Of a DNA stretch of 64,000 nucleotides, positions 23,201-38,412 are shown one piece after another. The position numbers and the translations under genes are program-made. The DNA is from Vicugna vicugna (Eukaryota). The notes beneath the pieces are model-generated. The model was not told the origin of the DNA. It was given only the letters and a program-made list of their open reading frames with translations, and ran no database searches. The stretch spans positions 3,871,668 to 3,935,667 of the forward strand of contig MU057887.1 of the NCBI GenBank assembly GCA_013265495.1. Reading direction: 5' to 3'. Within the stretch, counting starts at the first letter, position 1. Each line of letters begins with the position of its first letter.

Positions 23201-26200
23201 ACATGGACTGGGGTGGGGGAGATAGGCACAGGAGTGGGGGCAGTGGAGGGGGCATGGACAACAGGAGCCATCTAGCCTGCCACGCCCTGCCCAGCTCCCA
23301 GCCCAGCTCAGCAGCCTCCCCACAGAGCAGCCACCATGGGCTTCCCAGGAAGAAAGAGGGAGGCCGGTGGGCGCAGCCCAGGAGGCTGGTGCCAGTGTAG
23401 GCTGGGGCTCTGGGCAGCTTCTCACCCGTCTGTGTGTAGTGCATCCAATTCAAGATGACCTCGGGTGCCCTGTACCACCGGGTCACCACATATCCAGTCA
23501 TCTCGCTGTCTGCCTGCCTGGCCAAGCCGAAGTCCAGAATCTACAGCCAGAATCAGAAAAGTGGGCCAAAGGGGCCCCCGGGGAGTGGGTGGGCCAGCTT
23601 GTGGTCCAGGGACCCCCAAAGAGGCTGGGCACATCAGGGCCTCCTGCAAACCCTCCCGGAGGACAGTGCACACAGCCCAACCAAACCTGCCTGCCCACAA
23701 CCCTTAGGAACAGGCACCCTGGAGGCTCTCCTCCACCTTCTCCTCTATCCCCTCACCCCAGGAAATGGCCAGCACCTGTGGGGAGGCCACCTCAGCCCTG
23801 CCAGGCTCAGGCCTGGGGAACCAGGCACACTTCTCGCCCTTCACTTCAAGCAGGTCTGGGAGTGTGGCCCATGCCATGCCCATCAGGTGCCTCCCCAGAG
23901 CCCAGCGGCTGCTCAGCCACTGCCCAGATGGCTGGGGTCTGGTCCCTCTGCCTGGGTCTGGGCCAGCCCCCTTCCAGGTCTGAGCGCCAAGGGCGAGGCA
24001 GGCAGATGGCCAGGTGTGAGGTGAACCGAATCCCCAACCCCATACACACCTTCAGCTCACAGTCCTCATTCACTGCCAGGTTGCCAGGCTTCAGGTCCTG
24101 GGGACAGAAGGAAGATGGCTATGCAGGCCTGCCAACCAGGATTCGAGGGCAAGAGCCCAGGCCACACCTGCAGCCCTTCTGGAAGGGTGGAGGTGCCCGG
24201 CCCCCAGGGCTGAGTGCAGGCAAGTACCCCGTCAGGCTCCTCCCAGGTGAGGAAGGAGGCTCCTGAGGTTGAGCCCCTCCCAGGCCCACAGTCTGGGAAG
24301 CTCCCACCACAACCAGGACTCACCCTGTGGATGATGCCAGCATCGTGGATGTACTGTGGGGACAGCAGAGGGGCAGCAGTAGTCAGCTCATGGGGACCTC
24401 AGAGCCCTGGCCCAGTTTAGGGGCTCCACCCCTCCAGCAGCCCCATACATCCCACCTTCAGCCCCTTCAGCATCTGGTAGACAAGGAACTGGATCCGGTC
24501 CTCGCTCAGCTTCTCGTGCTTCATGAGCTTGCCCAGGTCGGTACCCATGAATGGCATCACCAGGTAACTGCGGGGACAGGGCAGGCATCCCCGAGGCAAC
24601 CCGAGTCCACCTCCCACAGTCTCCTTCCACCCCAGCAGCCCCATGATGTAGGGCAGATGGGGACTGTGCTCTGAGGATTCCCCAAGGATGGCAGGCCATG
24701 CTAGGGGCCGGGGCTCCCTGCAGGGGACGGTGGGAGAGGAAGAAAGGAGGGAAGTGGCTGCGGGTGGCGGTGGGGCAGCCGGACATCTGGGTCAGAAGGG
24801 CAGGCTGGGCAGGTGGATGCGGAGAGACAGGGGGAGAGACAGAGGGAGAGAGTCAGCACCCCACCAGGATAGGCCAGGGTGGGCCCTTGATCCCTGCAAG
24901 GTCAAGCAGCAAGGAGCCTGTCCTCCCCAGCCCTTCCCAGGCCCTTGGCCGACACCAGCGTGAGTCCAGGGGTGGCCGCCTGGGCAACCACAGGGCAGGC
25001 TGGCAGGGCAGGACCACCATGGGTCCCCGTCACCCCTCCCCTGCCCGCCAGCAAAGGTCAGCAGCTCCAGTTACAGGCCACACACTTAGTGCCACGGACC
25101 CGGAGTGCGGGGCCTGCTAACAAACACTCAGACCCAAGGCTCCGCACTAGAGGAGCAGGCCCAGGTCCACCCAGCTGGACCAGCCCCGTGAGTCCTTGGG
25201 GTACGTGGCAGGGGGAGGACTGTGGTGTGCTAAGGGGCAGGCAGTGTGCACCCTAACCCCCATCAAGCTGCAAGGAGAGGCCCGCCTCAGGCAGTGCCCC
25301 TGCCAACCCCAAACCTGAGGCTCACACCCAGGGGCCACCCAACACCGCCTGCCCTGCCGAGCCTGCCCCAGGCCGGCGCTTACAAGTCTGTGAAAGCATC
25401 CAGGGTCTCATCGGGCGTGAAGACATCCAGCAACCCAATCACCTGGGGAGGAGGCCAGAGCGCCAGGTGGGCTGGGGGCAGCCAGGGGCACAGGGCCGGG
25501 CACACCCTGGTTCGGGTAGGAAGGCCCCTGCAGCTGTCCTGGCCTCCCCCCGTCCACAGGGCCTGGCTCTGCCCGCTGGCAGCTCAACCCAGCCCTGGCA
25601 CACGTGCCCACAAAGACTATTTTTGGATGGTGACAGCCGGAGTTCTCTGGGGGAGGGGCAGCTCCCAGCCATCCAAGGAGCTCTAGACCCTTGGCCCTTC
25701 CTCCACCTCTTCCTGTCCCCATTGAAGACACAGGACCAGTGTGGTGACAGCCTACTAGGAGAGAGCTGACATCTGGCAGGTCTTTCCAGGGACCGTGCCT
25801 CTGCGAGGGGGGCCCAGGCCGGCAGCACTATGACCAAACCACAGGCAGACCTGGCCCCGCAGACCTCTGGTCAGGGGGGATGTACAGCAGACAATGTGAC
25901 GACTGGCAACCGGGGGTCCGGGTGACAGGGCCTCCGGGAAGCCCAGCAGGCCTGCACTTCAGAGTGGCTAGAGGGGCAGGTGGATGTACTGGCGGGGCAC
26001 ACCTGGCAGAGGCCATGCACGTGGTGGCCTGGAAGGAGGGAGAACACTTAGAGAGTTTGAGGAACACGGGGAGAGAGGCCAAGTGGCTGAGGACCAGGCC
26101 AGGGAGTAGCCAAGGAGAAGCCAAAGGGAACCCGAGAAGGCCCTCGAACACCAGGTGAAGGTTGGCTTTGACCCTAAGAGCCACCGAGGAAGGGCTTAAA

Positions 26201-28438
26201 TAGGCATGATGCTGAATGTGTCCCCTGGCTGCTGTGTGAGGACAAACCAGAGCAAGGTAAGCGTGGACATGAGGTGGAGGGTGAAGGGACAGCTAGGTGA
26301 CCAATGCAGCCACCAGGGCCAGAGACATGGGCAGGGGAGGGGAACAGAGTGGGGCATCCAGAGGGGGGCATGAAGGCAGGTGAGGCCTGGGGCATGAGGA
26401 GGATGTTTTAGCAAGAATCCCAGAGGTTAAGGGGAAGGTCCATGGGGTTGATGGAGACTTCTAAGCTTCTGGTGCAGATGGAGGCCTGGAGTAGGGGGAG
26501 GGGAGGGAGGAGGCCTAAGCTGGGGCAGAGGAGTAGGACCGGGGCAGATGGTAACTCCTCCACCTACAGCTGCGCTCAGCCTCTCAGAGCCCATTTCCTC
26601 CCAGGAGAATGGGTTTATGAAAAGCAGAGTGTCCCAGCTGTGGAGCGGGGCTGGAGGCAGGAGGGTAGGACCCACCAGCACAGTGGGGATGGCCCCAGCA
26701 CAGGTTGGGGAGTAAGCTCCCGGAGGAGGGGGCTGAGGCAGGTCAGGGATGGGAGGCGACTGAACAGAAGAACTAGTGACCTTGCTGGACTGGGGTGGGG
26801 TGGCAGAGAAGCCGTATGAAGCCTCTGGTAGAGGAATCTACCCTCATACGGACAAGTCCTGGGTGTGACCAGGTGTGACCCGGAGGTAGCAAGGCCCAGG
26901 CTGCGCTGGCGTCCACCATGACACCACAAATGGATTTCACCTGGGAAAGGTCAAGGTTGGAAAAATCAGAGAGAATGAAGGACCCATCAGAGGTGGTAAG
27001 AGGGTGGACACTGGACAGGGGCTGAGGGGACAAGCTTCATAGGGGACATGAGGACTCATTCTCCCAGGGGGAGACCAGTGGCTCTGATGACCCAGGAGGT
27101 GCCAGGCCATCTGTTGGGAGCACAATCGGCCATGGTCTGGGTGCCCCGATGAACAGCCCTCAGACTGGGCGACAGTGGCTCATGTGGGAGGGGGAGAGTT
27201 CAGGGCCACAGGAGGACCTACATGGAGGAACGAAGGAAACTCCCCTAGCAGAGAAAAGGGCCCTTTCCGGCAGCCACGTCCCCCAGAGAGGCCAGTGGGC
27301 TGTTCCGTGTCGTGTCCTGTGAGCAGGTCTGGAAACAACATAAGGCCTTTCCCTGGTAGGAGCCAGACCCGCTCCTCCCCCAGTCTGTGAAACCCACCCC
27401 TGTGGATGTGGAGGGTCTGTGTGCCGCCTACTGTGCCCAGTGCCCTCCAGCGCCCTAAATCCCTCCACTGCCAGAGACCCCAAGGCTCTGAGGCTGCCGA
27501 GCTGAGATGCAGACACCCAGTCCATGCCTCCCTCAGTGTTCCCAGGAGCCCCCAGCTCCTAGGGCTGGGGTTCAGGAGGTAGAGGGGCAGAGTAGGGTCA
27601 GGAGTGGGGCTGGAAGGGCTGGAGAAGGGGGACCAGGTGGGCCTGCAGGGGGATGCCCAGAAAGAGGGCTGAGGCTCAGTGCCCCTTCCAGGAAACTCAC
27701 TCCTCCCACCCGAGGTCCTCTCACCTCAGGGTTTGGAGTGGGACCTGGAAGATCCCCTCCGTCTGGGCAAGTGGCCATCCCCTGACCAGGACCTGGGCTG
27801 AGGAGCCAGATGTGGCCCCAGGAAGAAGCCAGAGAACTAAGTCCTCCGCAGGGACTGGCCTAAGAGAGGACTAGCCCCTGGGGAAGCTTCTCTCTCAGGA
27901 AGAGCGGGGGCTCTTCCTCCCTACTCTGACACCCCCCAACCCTGTTCACGGGGGACACAGCCCTGACTGCTCACCTCTGCCCCCATCACACAGGGGCGCA
28001 TTCTAGGGTCTGGGTAGTGGGGCCAGGTCTCCTAGGGCAGGCCTTTTGGGGAGGAGGGCGATAAGCAGAGCAATGGGCGCGGTGTCCCGGAGCCGAGGGC
28101 CCGCGCGACTCACATTCTCGTGGCGCATGTGCTTGAGCAGACGCAGCTCGCGGTAAGCGCGCTTGGCGAACAGCTCGGACTGGAAGGGCCGGTACAGCTT
28201 CTTGATGGCCACCTTGACGCCTGTGCGGCTGTCCACCGCCGAGCTGTGGGGCGCACCGCTTAGCAGGAGGACTGAGCCACCTCGCCCGGCCACCCCGCCC
28301 GGCCTGCGCTCACCATACGGCGCCATAGGCGCCCGAACCGACGGGCTGCAGGTCCTGGTACACGGCGCGCACCTCCCAGGCGGTCTTGGTCACCTCCTGG
28401 CGGTAAAAGCCGCGGCGGGAGGGCGGCTGAGAGCTCAT
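20258..28438 (-). CDS. MAPK12: Mitogen-activated protein kinase 12 (p38-gamma), 12 coding exons, 367 aa
   Basis: Exons: 28314-28438, 28114-28243, 25384-25442, 24456-24567, 24324-24353, 24050-24097, 23426-23540, 23078-23149, 22868-22947, 22722-22800, 22456-22629, 20258-20337 (1104 nt). Contains GSGAYG loop, [39 protein letters not shown] (TGY activation motif) and the C-terminal PDZ-binding KETAL*. Confidence 0.98.
21448..21578. mobile_element. Possible small hAT-Charlie (MER5/MER117-like) MITE in MAPK12 intron 11
   Basis: Imperfect terminal inverted repeats ccgtggttttca / tgagaaccacag (10/12 match) resembling CAGTGGTTCTCA around an A-rich core. Confidence 0.4.
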
Positions 28439-29050
28439 GGTTGGCCCGGCACCGCCCCCGCCGCAGACCCCACGCCTCGAGGACCCGGGACCTGAGATCC
28501 GCCGAACTCCCTGGCGCGCGCCCCGGGCCGCTTCGCGGGCAGAGCCAGCTCCGCGCCGCCCGCCGCCGGGGCGCCCCCGCTCCCGGCTCTTGCCTCCGGG
28601 CTCTCCGAAGCCGCAGACCCCAGCCCTACCCCAGCCCCGGCCCGCGTAGTGCTGGGCCCCTCCCCTACCGGCGGACCAACCGGCCCCCGGGCGGCGCGCA
28701 CGTGACGCCCCCGCCCGTCCTCTGGCCCCTCCGGAAACCCGAGGCGGCCGCCACCGGGGAGGCCGGAGACAGGGGGGAGGGGACGGAGTGGGGAAGGGAG
28801 CTGCGCCCGAAGCTCAGTCCCAGCCTAGACCCGGACGCACCCCCGCCTGCCTCCGCACTCGGGATGAACTCCCCCGACGGAGCCGAGGTGGGGTGTCTGA
28901 ACGGGGCCCCGTGGGGCTCGAGTCTCCTCCTTGCAACCATGCCCCTAGGGCGCTGGCTCATCCTGGGCCGCCTGAGCCTGTCGACTTCCACCCCCAGCCC
29001 CAAATCGCTGTCCACCCGCCCCGACAACTTCCACCCCGCGGCAAACCCCC
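28070..29050 (-). promoter_or_regulatory. CpG island, MAPK12 promoter and exons 1-2
   Basis: Very high CpG density; E-box CACGTG (28699-28704) and multiple GC boxes. Confidence 0.85.
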
Positions 29051-30575
29051 ACCCCTGAGGCACCTGAGCTGAGCGCCCCAACCCCCAGGATGCCCCTGAC
29101 GCTGGAGCTAACCGGTCCACCCCTCGGTGTGCGTTCCCCAGCACCTGTCTTGCCGCATCCCCCTTTCCAGACAGAGGTTAATTCTGTCTCCCAAAATCAG
29201 GTGGCCTCCCAGGCCAGGAGCAGAGAGGGCGGGTCCTGGAGGTCCCCCTTGTGGGCCTGGTGGATCCCTCCTCACCAGACCCCTTCTGCCTGGGGAGCCT
29301 GCTTCAGACACTTGCAAGACCCTCGCCTGTCCCACCCCTGCCCTGCCTGGGCCCTCTGGTTTGTTCCTCAAAGCCCAGCCCGAGCCACTCCACTCTCTTC
29401 AAGGTGTGCCTGACCCCAGGAGTGAAGGGGGGACCCTACTGGGGCTCTCCCTGCCCCCCTTACCCCTAGGTGGGGGCATCGTCCTTTCATGGGTCTGGCC
29501 CCATCCCAGACCAGACACTCCTGGAGGACACAGCCCCCAGCCCCCCACCACCGTGTCCTCCCCAGCCCAGGGACCAGGTCGGGGAGGGGGTGGGTAACAA
29601 GATCCCCAGGGCCCCTGCCCCGCCCTCTAAGCCCAGCCTGCCAGCCATGAATCAGCAGCTCAGCAGCAGGCCTGGCCAGAGCAGCTTTACACCTGGGCTG
29701 CCACAGCCACCCATGTGCTCAGGACCTGCAGGCTGGTCAGTGGGGACGGCCTGGGGTCACTGAGCCACAACTGCCTGTCTTCACGCCCTTCATGCCCTGG
29801 GCTGCTTGTGGCACTCCACCTGCCTCCTCCAGGAGGCCCCCAGCTGGCTCCTTACTCCCTGTGGTGGGACCCAGGGGTCCAGAAGGGTTTGGGTTCTGTA
29901 TCAGACTGGACCACTAGGTAGGGCATGTCCCAGTTGTGTGCCCACCCCCGACCCACCCCTGGCAGGACTTGGCCCAGCCTGGGCTCCAGGGGTTCTCCGG
30001 GACCTGAGGCCCAGTACTCACGCTGCCCTAGTGTCTGGAGGGCCGACTTCCAGGTGATCTCCACCCCTCAAAGGCCTAGGGCAAGGACAGCCAAACACCA
30101 CTACCCTGGGGATGCCCTGCCTGATCCCCTTTGGGGCCCAGGCCCTCCCGGCCTGAGCTGCAGTGAGCAGTAGGGGCTGGCAGCTCAGCGTGTGTCCCAA
30201 GGGCTGAAGCAGCCCTCTTCCCCTTAACCAGGAAGAAAAGGAAATCTCCCCTCACCATCCCTGATCCTGGGGAAGGGCAGTCCTTTGCTCCTAGACTTCC
30301 ATGTCCTCCCTGACCACTGAGAGGAGGGGGCAGGTGCAGATCTAGACCAGAGCCCGCCCAATGACCCCCAGCAGGGCAGCGGGGTTGCTTGTTGGAGTGA
30401 CATCACACTCTGTCCACCTTGGATCCAAGTGGCTCTCAGGGAGCAGGGAGGATACTGAAGATGGCTGGCTGTCAGACCAGGGACCCGAGGGACACAGCCA
30501 CCCCTCCAGGCAGTGGGGGGAGTAGGGCAGCAGGACCTGGAGCCTGAGACACAAGCTGAGTGAGAGGAAACCCCC

Positions 30576-30581
30576 TTTATT
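30576..30581 (-). terminator. MAPK11 polyadenylation signal AATAAA
   Basis: tttatt on the + strand about 1.2 kb downstream of the MAPK11 stop codon. Confidence 0.75.
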
Positions 30582-31765
30582 GCAAAACCCCGGTGCAGGC
30601 ACTTATCAGACCTCCCTGGTCCTGTGAGGTGAGAGGTCACCACCTCGGCTACCTGACAGAGAAGCCCCTAGAGGGAGGACCCACACCCCCAACACATCTC
30701 AAGGAGGGTCCTGTCCCAAAGCTGGCAAGGTCAGCTCCACTCTGGAAGGAGGGAAGACAAGAGCCGAACCACAGACCAGAGCACCCAGCTCTCGGCTGCA
30801 GGGCCAGAGGGTGGGCAGAGGTAGGGTAGACAGAGACTTCTTCATCAGCTTGGGGACAGGGGCCAGGATCCAAGTCCACGTGGGTGTGTGCGTCCTCAGG
30901 GCTGGATCCCCCCATGCCTGCCAGCCCTCTGGCTGGCACGGGACCATCATGTCTTAGAAACCTGCCGCTGCTCCCACACCCAAGGAGAAAGGGGTCTTTG
31001 TTCACACGGTTGCCCCTGGTGAGTTGCACGGCAGAATCTCAGCAGAGCCCTCCACCCTGGCCCACGTCAGGTACCGGGGGAGAAGAAGCAATAGTACAGC
31101 CACCCCAACTTTGGCCTCCTGCCCATCATGGCACTGACCCTCAGGTGCCCAAGATTCACATGCCTGCACCTGCCTTGACACATGAATTCCAGGAGTGCAC
31201 ATGTGTCACATGCAGCACAGGTGAACGCATGACTCCAGGTAGCTGTCCCAGCCCTGCCACCCACAGGGACGATCCTTTGAGTCCCAGCACTTTCCAGGGG
31301 AGCCCCTCACTTCTAGGCTGAGCAGCTGTGACCACCAAGACCCCTCCCTTTTTCTCCAGAAGGCTCTGGCCCCAATGCACCACCTGCCAGAGGCAGCCCT
31401 CTGGGGCTGAGGAGCTCTGAAAACTGACACAGTCCCAGGGGGAGCTCTCATGGCACCCAGGTCCGCCAGAGTGAGGTCCCAAAGGAGACCCAGGATGCTG
31501 GGAGGGGTAGGAGAACCAAGGGATCCAGGATGCTCTGCCCAGATTCCTACATCCATGGCTCACACACATGCAGGTGTTCACAGGCGTGCAGACTCCCCAT
31601 AAGGAGTGGGTGTGGAGACAGGGGGATCCCGGGAGAAGGGTCAGCGCTGCTGGCTGCAGAGGTGTTGGGAGGCACCCCTTGTGAGAACCAGGCAGCTGAG
31701 GAATGTGGGCAGGCAAGCTCAGGCCCCTCTTGGAGTTGGGAGTGTAGTGGGTGAGCAGCATCTCC

Positions 31766-34674
<2,909 letters not shown>

Positions 34675-36380
34675 CTGCAAGGCACGCGCGTGACGCTGCA
34701 GGCCTCGCTGCCTGTTGGCACCTGTGTTGCTTGGCGGGCGCCAGCCTGGTCTCCACACACAAGATCTCCAGCAAGGAAGCGCTCTGACAACAGTCACTCA
34801 AAGCCTCTCTTCTCCTCACCGGGGGTCCTGCTCCCCCCTCCACGCACCCCTTCACCCCCAGCCTGCCCAGCCCAGGAACCTGGCCCGCCCCACCTGGGAG
34901 CTCAGGGCAGGATGGGGACTTCTCTTGTCTCATGGCCCAATGGCTCTTGCCAGGGTGGAAATGACAGGGCAGGAGAACAGCCAAGCATGTTCCTTCAGCG
35001 CAGCCCTCCAACTCCCCCATGGGCTGGCGGGGCTGGGAGGCTCCCTGAGGGGTTCCAGGGCCACTGCCAAAGCCCCTGAGTATTCAAAATGTGGAGAGAA
35101 AACTGACCACAGGTGTTTACTGCATCATTTTTCACAGTGAGAAACTGGACATTGGAAAATGGCCAGCAGAGGGTGGCGTCTGGACCCTCAGACCATTTCC
35201 CCTTGCCTGACTCTGCTCCCCAGAGGTCCAGCCCCGCAACCTCCACACCCACCTACTCTTCACAGGAGAAGACTGGCGTTCTCCTCAAACGCAAATGGCC
35301 TGGTCACTCCCACTCTGGGAATGGGGTTTAGGCCCTGCAGAAAGCTTTCCCTCTGCTGCTGCTCATCCCCCCTTCCCTCCCACAGGTCTCCGACCTCCCC
35401 TCTGGGATCCAGCCCCCCTCAAGAGTGAGTGGAGCCTCAGGCCACACCCCAGGCCCATTCCGCCCAGGGAGCATTTCCTGCTGTGGGACCTGGGATGCTC
35501 TGGGGCCCAGACGGTGGTGGAGGAAGCCCCTCCCTCCAGCCCATGACCCGCTGGGGAAGGTCCAAGTCGCTGCTGGGGTGGGAAGCAGGGGAGTGGCCCC
35601 TCATGGGGGTGGGGGATGGGGAGCCAGATCCTTTGGTGTCTGCACAGTCAAACGACCAAGAATTAGCACTGGGTTGCCAGCTTCATCAGAGGAAGGAGGG
35701 CCATCACCTGGATGAGGTCCATGCCCAGCTAAATGCAGTGGGGAGGGACCCGGTCTCTCTTCGGGAGCTCGAACTCCCAGAAAGTGCTTCCAGCAAGGGC
35801 TCTGTCAAATCCCCTAGACCATTCACACATTGTCCCACACCCTTTTCCTGCCCTTTGAGGTCTCAGAGATGAAGACCAAGGCCTGTGGTTGGAATGGCTG
35901 AAATGGTCTACCTGAGGTTCCTGACAGCCAGCCAGTACAGTGTGAGATTTGTGAGATCTGAGGCCCCGGGGACCCCAAACCCCTGTTCCAGTCTCCAGTG
36001 CTGGGCTTTAGGAGGGGGGATAAGTACCACTCTTAACCTTCTGCCAGAGCCTGAAGCAAAGCCCCACCCCCAGGGTCGCTGCCTCCCCACACCCATGACC
36101 TCTGTAGTGAACAGCAGCCACCTGGCCCTTTCTCAGTAAGGATACCACTGGGTTCTGGGGTGGAGCACCTCGCAGCATCCCCACCCACAATCTGCCTCAT
36201 TGTCAACACTGCTAACTGCAACCGAGACTGTCTGCAAGCCCCTCACCCTAAGCCTCTCCAGCCTGCACCCCCTCCAGGTCGCAAAGGCCTCTTGGAACCC
36301 CACCCTCCCTCCTGCTTCCAGACTCCGCAGTCTGTCTGAGCCCCAGGGCTAACTACACGGCTGTGGTCCGAGCTGGCGCG

Positions 36381-36405
36381 CTCTCTCTCTCTCTCTCTCT
36401 CTCTC
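36381..36405. repeat. (CT)n microsatellite
   Basis: About 12 CT units. Confidence 0.9.
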
Positions 36406-36599
36406 CCCCTCTGTTGGGGCAAAAATGGATTGTAGGGGGATGGTACACGCCTCTGGTCAGGCCTGAGCCCCATGCGGAGTCCTAGACCCCCTGGAAAATG
36501 GGGGAGGGGAAGGACCCACGGGGACGCTTGAGGTCATTCTAAGGCAGGGGTCTTGCCCTCCCCCCAGCTGGACTCTTCTTTTTCAAACAAAACTACCCA

Positions 36600-37440
36600 C
36601 CCTAGGGCGGGGGCATCTGCCAGACCCCGGGGCCGCCTGACCCTTGACCCCGGGTACCCCAGATGCAAGCTCAGACATTTAGGAGCCCGGGAGACCTGCC
36701 CTTTGGCCGGCAGTGACGCCGCAGGATTCGGGCCTGGCGGGGACGCTCCGGGTTGGCGGGGACGTTGCGGGTTGGAAGGGCGGGAGGATGACCCCTCCCC
36801 CTGCCGGCGAGAGGCTCTCGTAGGAAAGTTTCCCCCAGACGCCCCTTGCCATTCATTCCTCGGATCCGCGTGAGGCCGGGGGAGGAGGCATGGAGAGCCC
36901 CTCCCCAGGCCGGGAACCCTGCGCCGGGCGGGGAGGGGGCGCGAGCTCAGTCCCCCCACCCCGGCCCCGCCCCGCCCCGCCCCTCCCCATCCAGCGCGTC
37001 CTCGCGCGCCCCCCAGCGGAGCCCGCCTGGCGCGGCGGCATTTCCACGTGCGGAGCGGCCGGAGGCGGGGCGGGGCGGGGCCGGGGAGGGGGTTCCCGCA
37101 GACGAGCGCGCGGCTTCCTGCCCCTCCGAGGCGGCGGCCGAGCGGAAACCAGCCTTCCCCGGGCGGTGCGGGCAAGGGGGGAGGCCAGGGAACGACTTAC
37201 CGCCCCTCCCGCTTCTACCTCCCGGGGTCCAGGCACTTCCCCAGTATCCGCCGCGTCTGTCCCCCGCGCGGCGCGACGCAGACCAGGCAGCCACCGCCTG
37301 TCAGGACTACGCGCCCCGCACCCTCTCGCAACGGCTCCCGCGCCTGCACCTCACCGCTCCCCACCTCCAGTCCCTGCACACGCCCTCCGCCTGTTCCGGA
37401 CCCGCGTTTAACCCCCCTTCGGCCTGCTCGGGTTCGTGCA
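36600..37440 (-). promoter_or_regulatory. CpG island, MAPK11 promoter region
   Basis: CpG-dense block about 2-2.7 kb upstream of MAPK11 exon 2, with tandem GC boxes on both strands (36964-36983, 37064-37080) and E-box CACGTG (37045-37050). Confidence 0.8.
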
Positions 37441-38284
37441 TCCCTCCTCTCCCAACACCTGCACCCCTCCCCCACCTGCACCCCCTCCCCCAGCATGGTC
37501 CCTCAGAAATGAGATAGAATCCTCTAAATGAAAGAAGCCAGGGGCGAACCATGGGGAATAGTTTTAATCAGGACTGAAAATGCCCCCTAATGAAAGCTGG
37601 CATTTGGTTGGATAGGAACCCCTCTGCGGTGGGCAGATGGCGGCGCCTTGGATCCTGGGCCAGCCTGGCTTCCCTCCCCGGTGGAGGCCTTCCGGTCTTG
37701 GTCGTGTGGTTCTCCTGATAAACCCTCTGTGGTCTGATGTCGGCCTCCTGCAGGGCTGGCTCCTGAGCTGGGCCCAGCCCTCAGGACCAGGGACAGCGGC
37801 GGCATCAGGGGCCGTTGGCGTGTTGTGCCCATAAGAAGCCCTCCCCAAATGGGTCCTCCTCAGTGCCTGGTACCTTTCCTCCTTCTGAAACAGCCCTTTC
37901 AGCTGTCACCCCTTCCAGGAAGCCCTGACTTTCCTAGGTACTGAGGAAGCTGCATAGTTCAAAACCACTCTTCCCCAGGGCGGTGAACTCCTCCCAGCAC
38001 TGCACATTTCCTCTCTCCACCTGTGAAGGTTCACCTCTCACAGGCAGCTTTAACTGTGAAGGGGAATGTTCCCCGTTTCAGCATCTGTCTAGAGCTCTGG
38101 GCCCCAGGGCATCTACTTCTGTTTCCGAGCTTAAAATGACAAGGGCTCAGAGAGCCCATTGCCCCGTAGGTAGCATAGAAATAGCCCCCTGACCCTCCAC
38201 CCTGGGGAAACCGTGGGGAGGGGCTGGGCTGCTTCCTCCCAGGAAAGTGGGAAGCCAGGCTGAGTGCCCTACCTTATTAGACCT

Positions 38285-38412
38285 TCGACTTTTTCAAAAC
38301 AAATGAAAACCTGACTTCTCATTTGAAATCTCCTGATTTTCAAATATTAGCAACCAAATTAAAATAAAACACGTCAACGCAGTACTAGGCAAATAGACAC
38401 ATCTGCCTGCGG
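38285..38412. mobile_element. Possible hAT-Charlie DNA transposon fragment
   Basis: AT-rich island tgaaatctcctgattttcaaatattagcaaccaaatt...; resemblance to MER102-type elements is from memory only. Confidence 0.35.

Noticed and set aside
23367..24266. 299-aa plus-strand ORF
   Set aside because: Antisense across MAPK12 exons and introns, low-complexity composition, no homology recognised.
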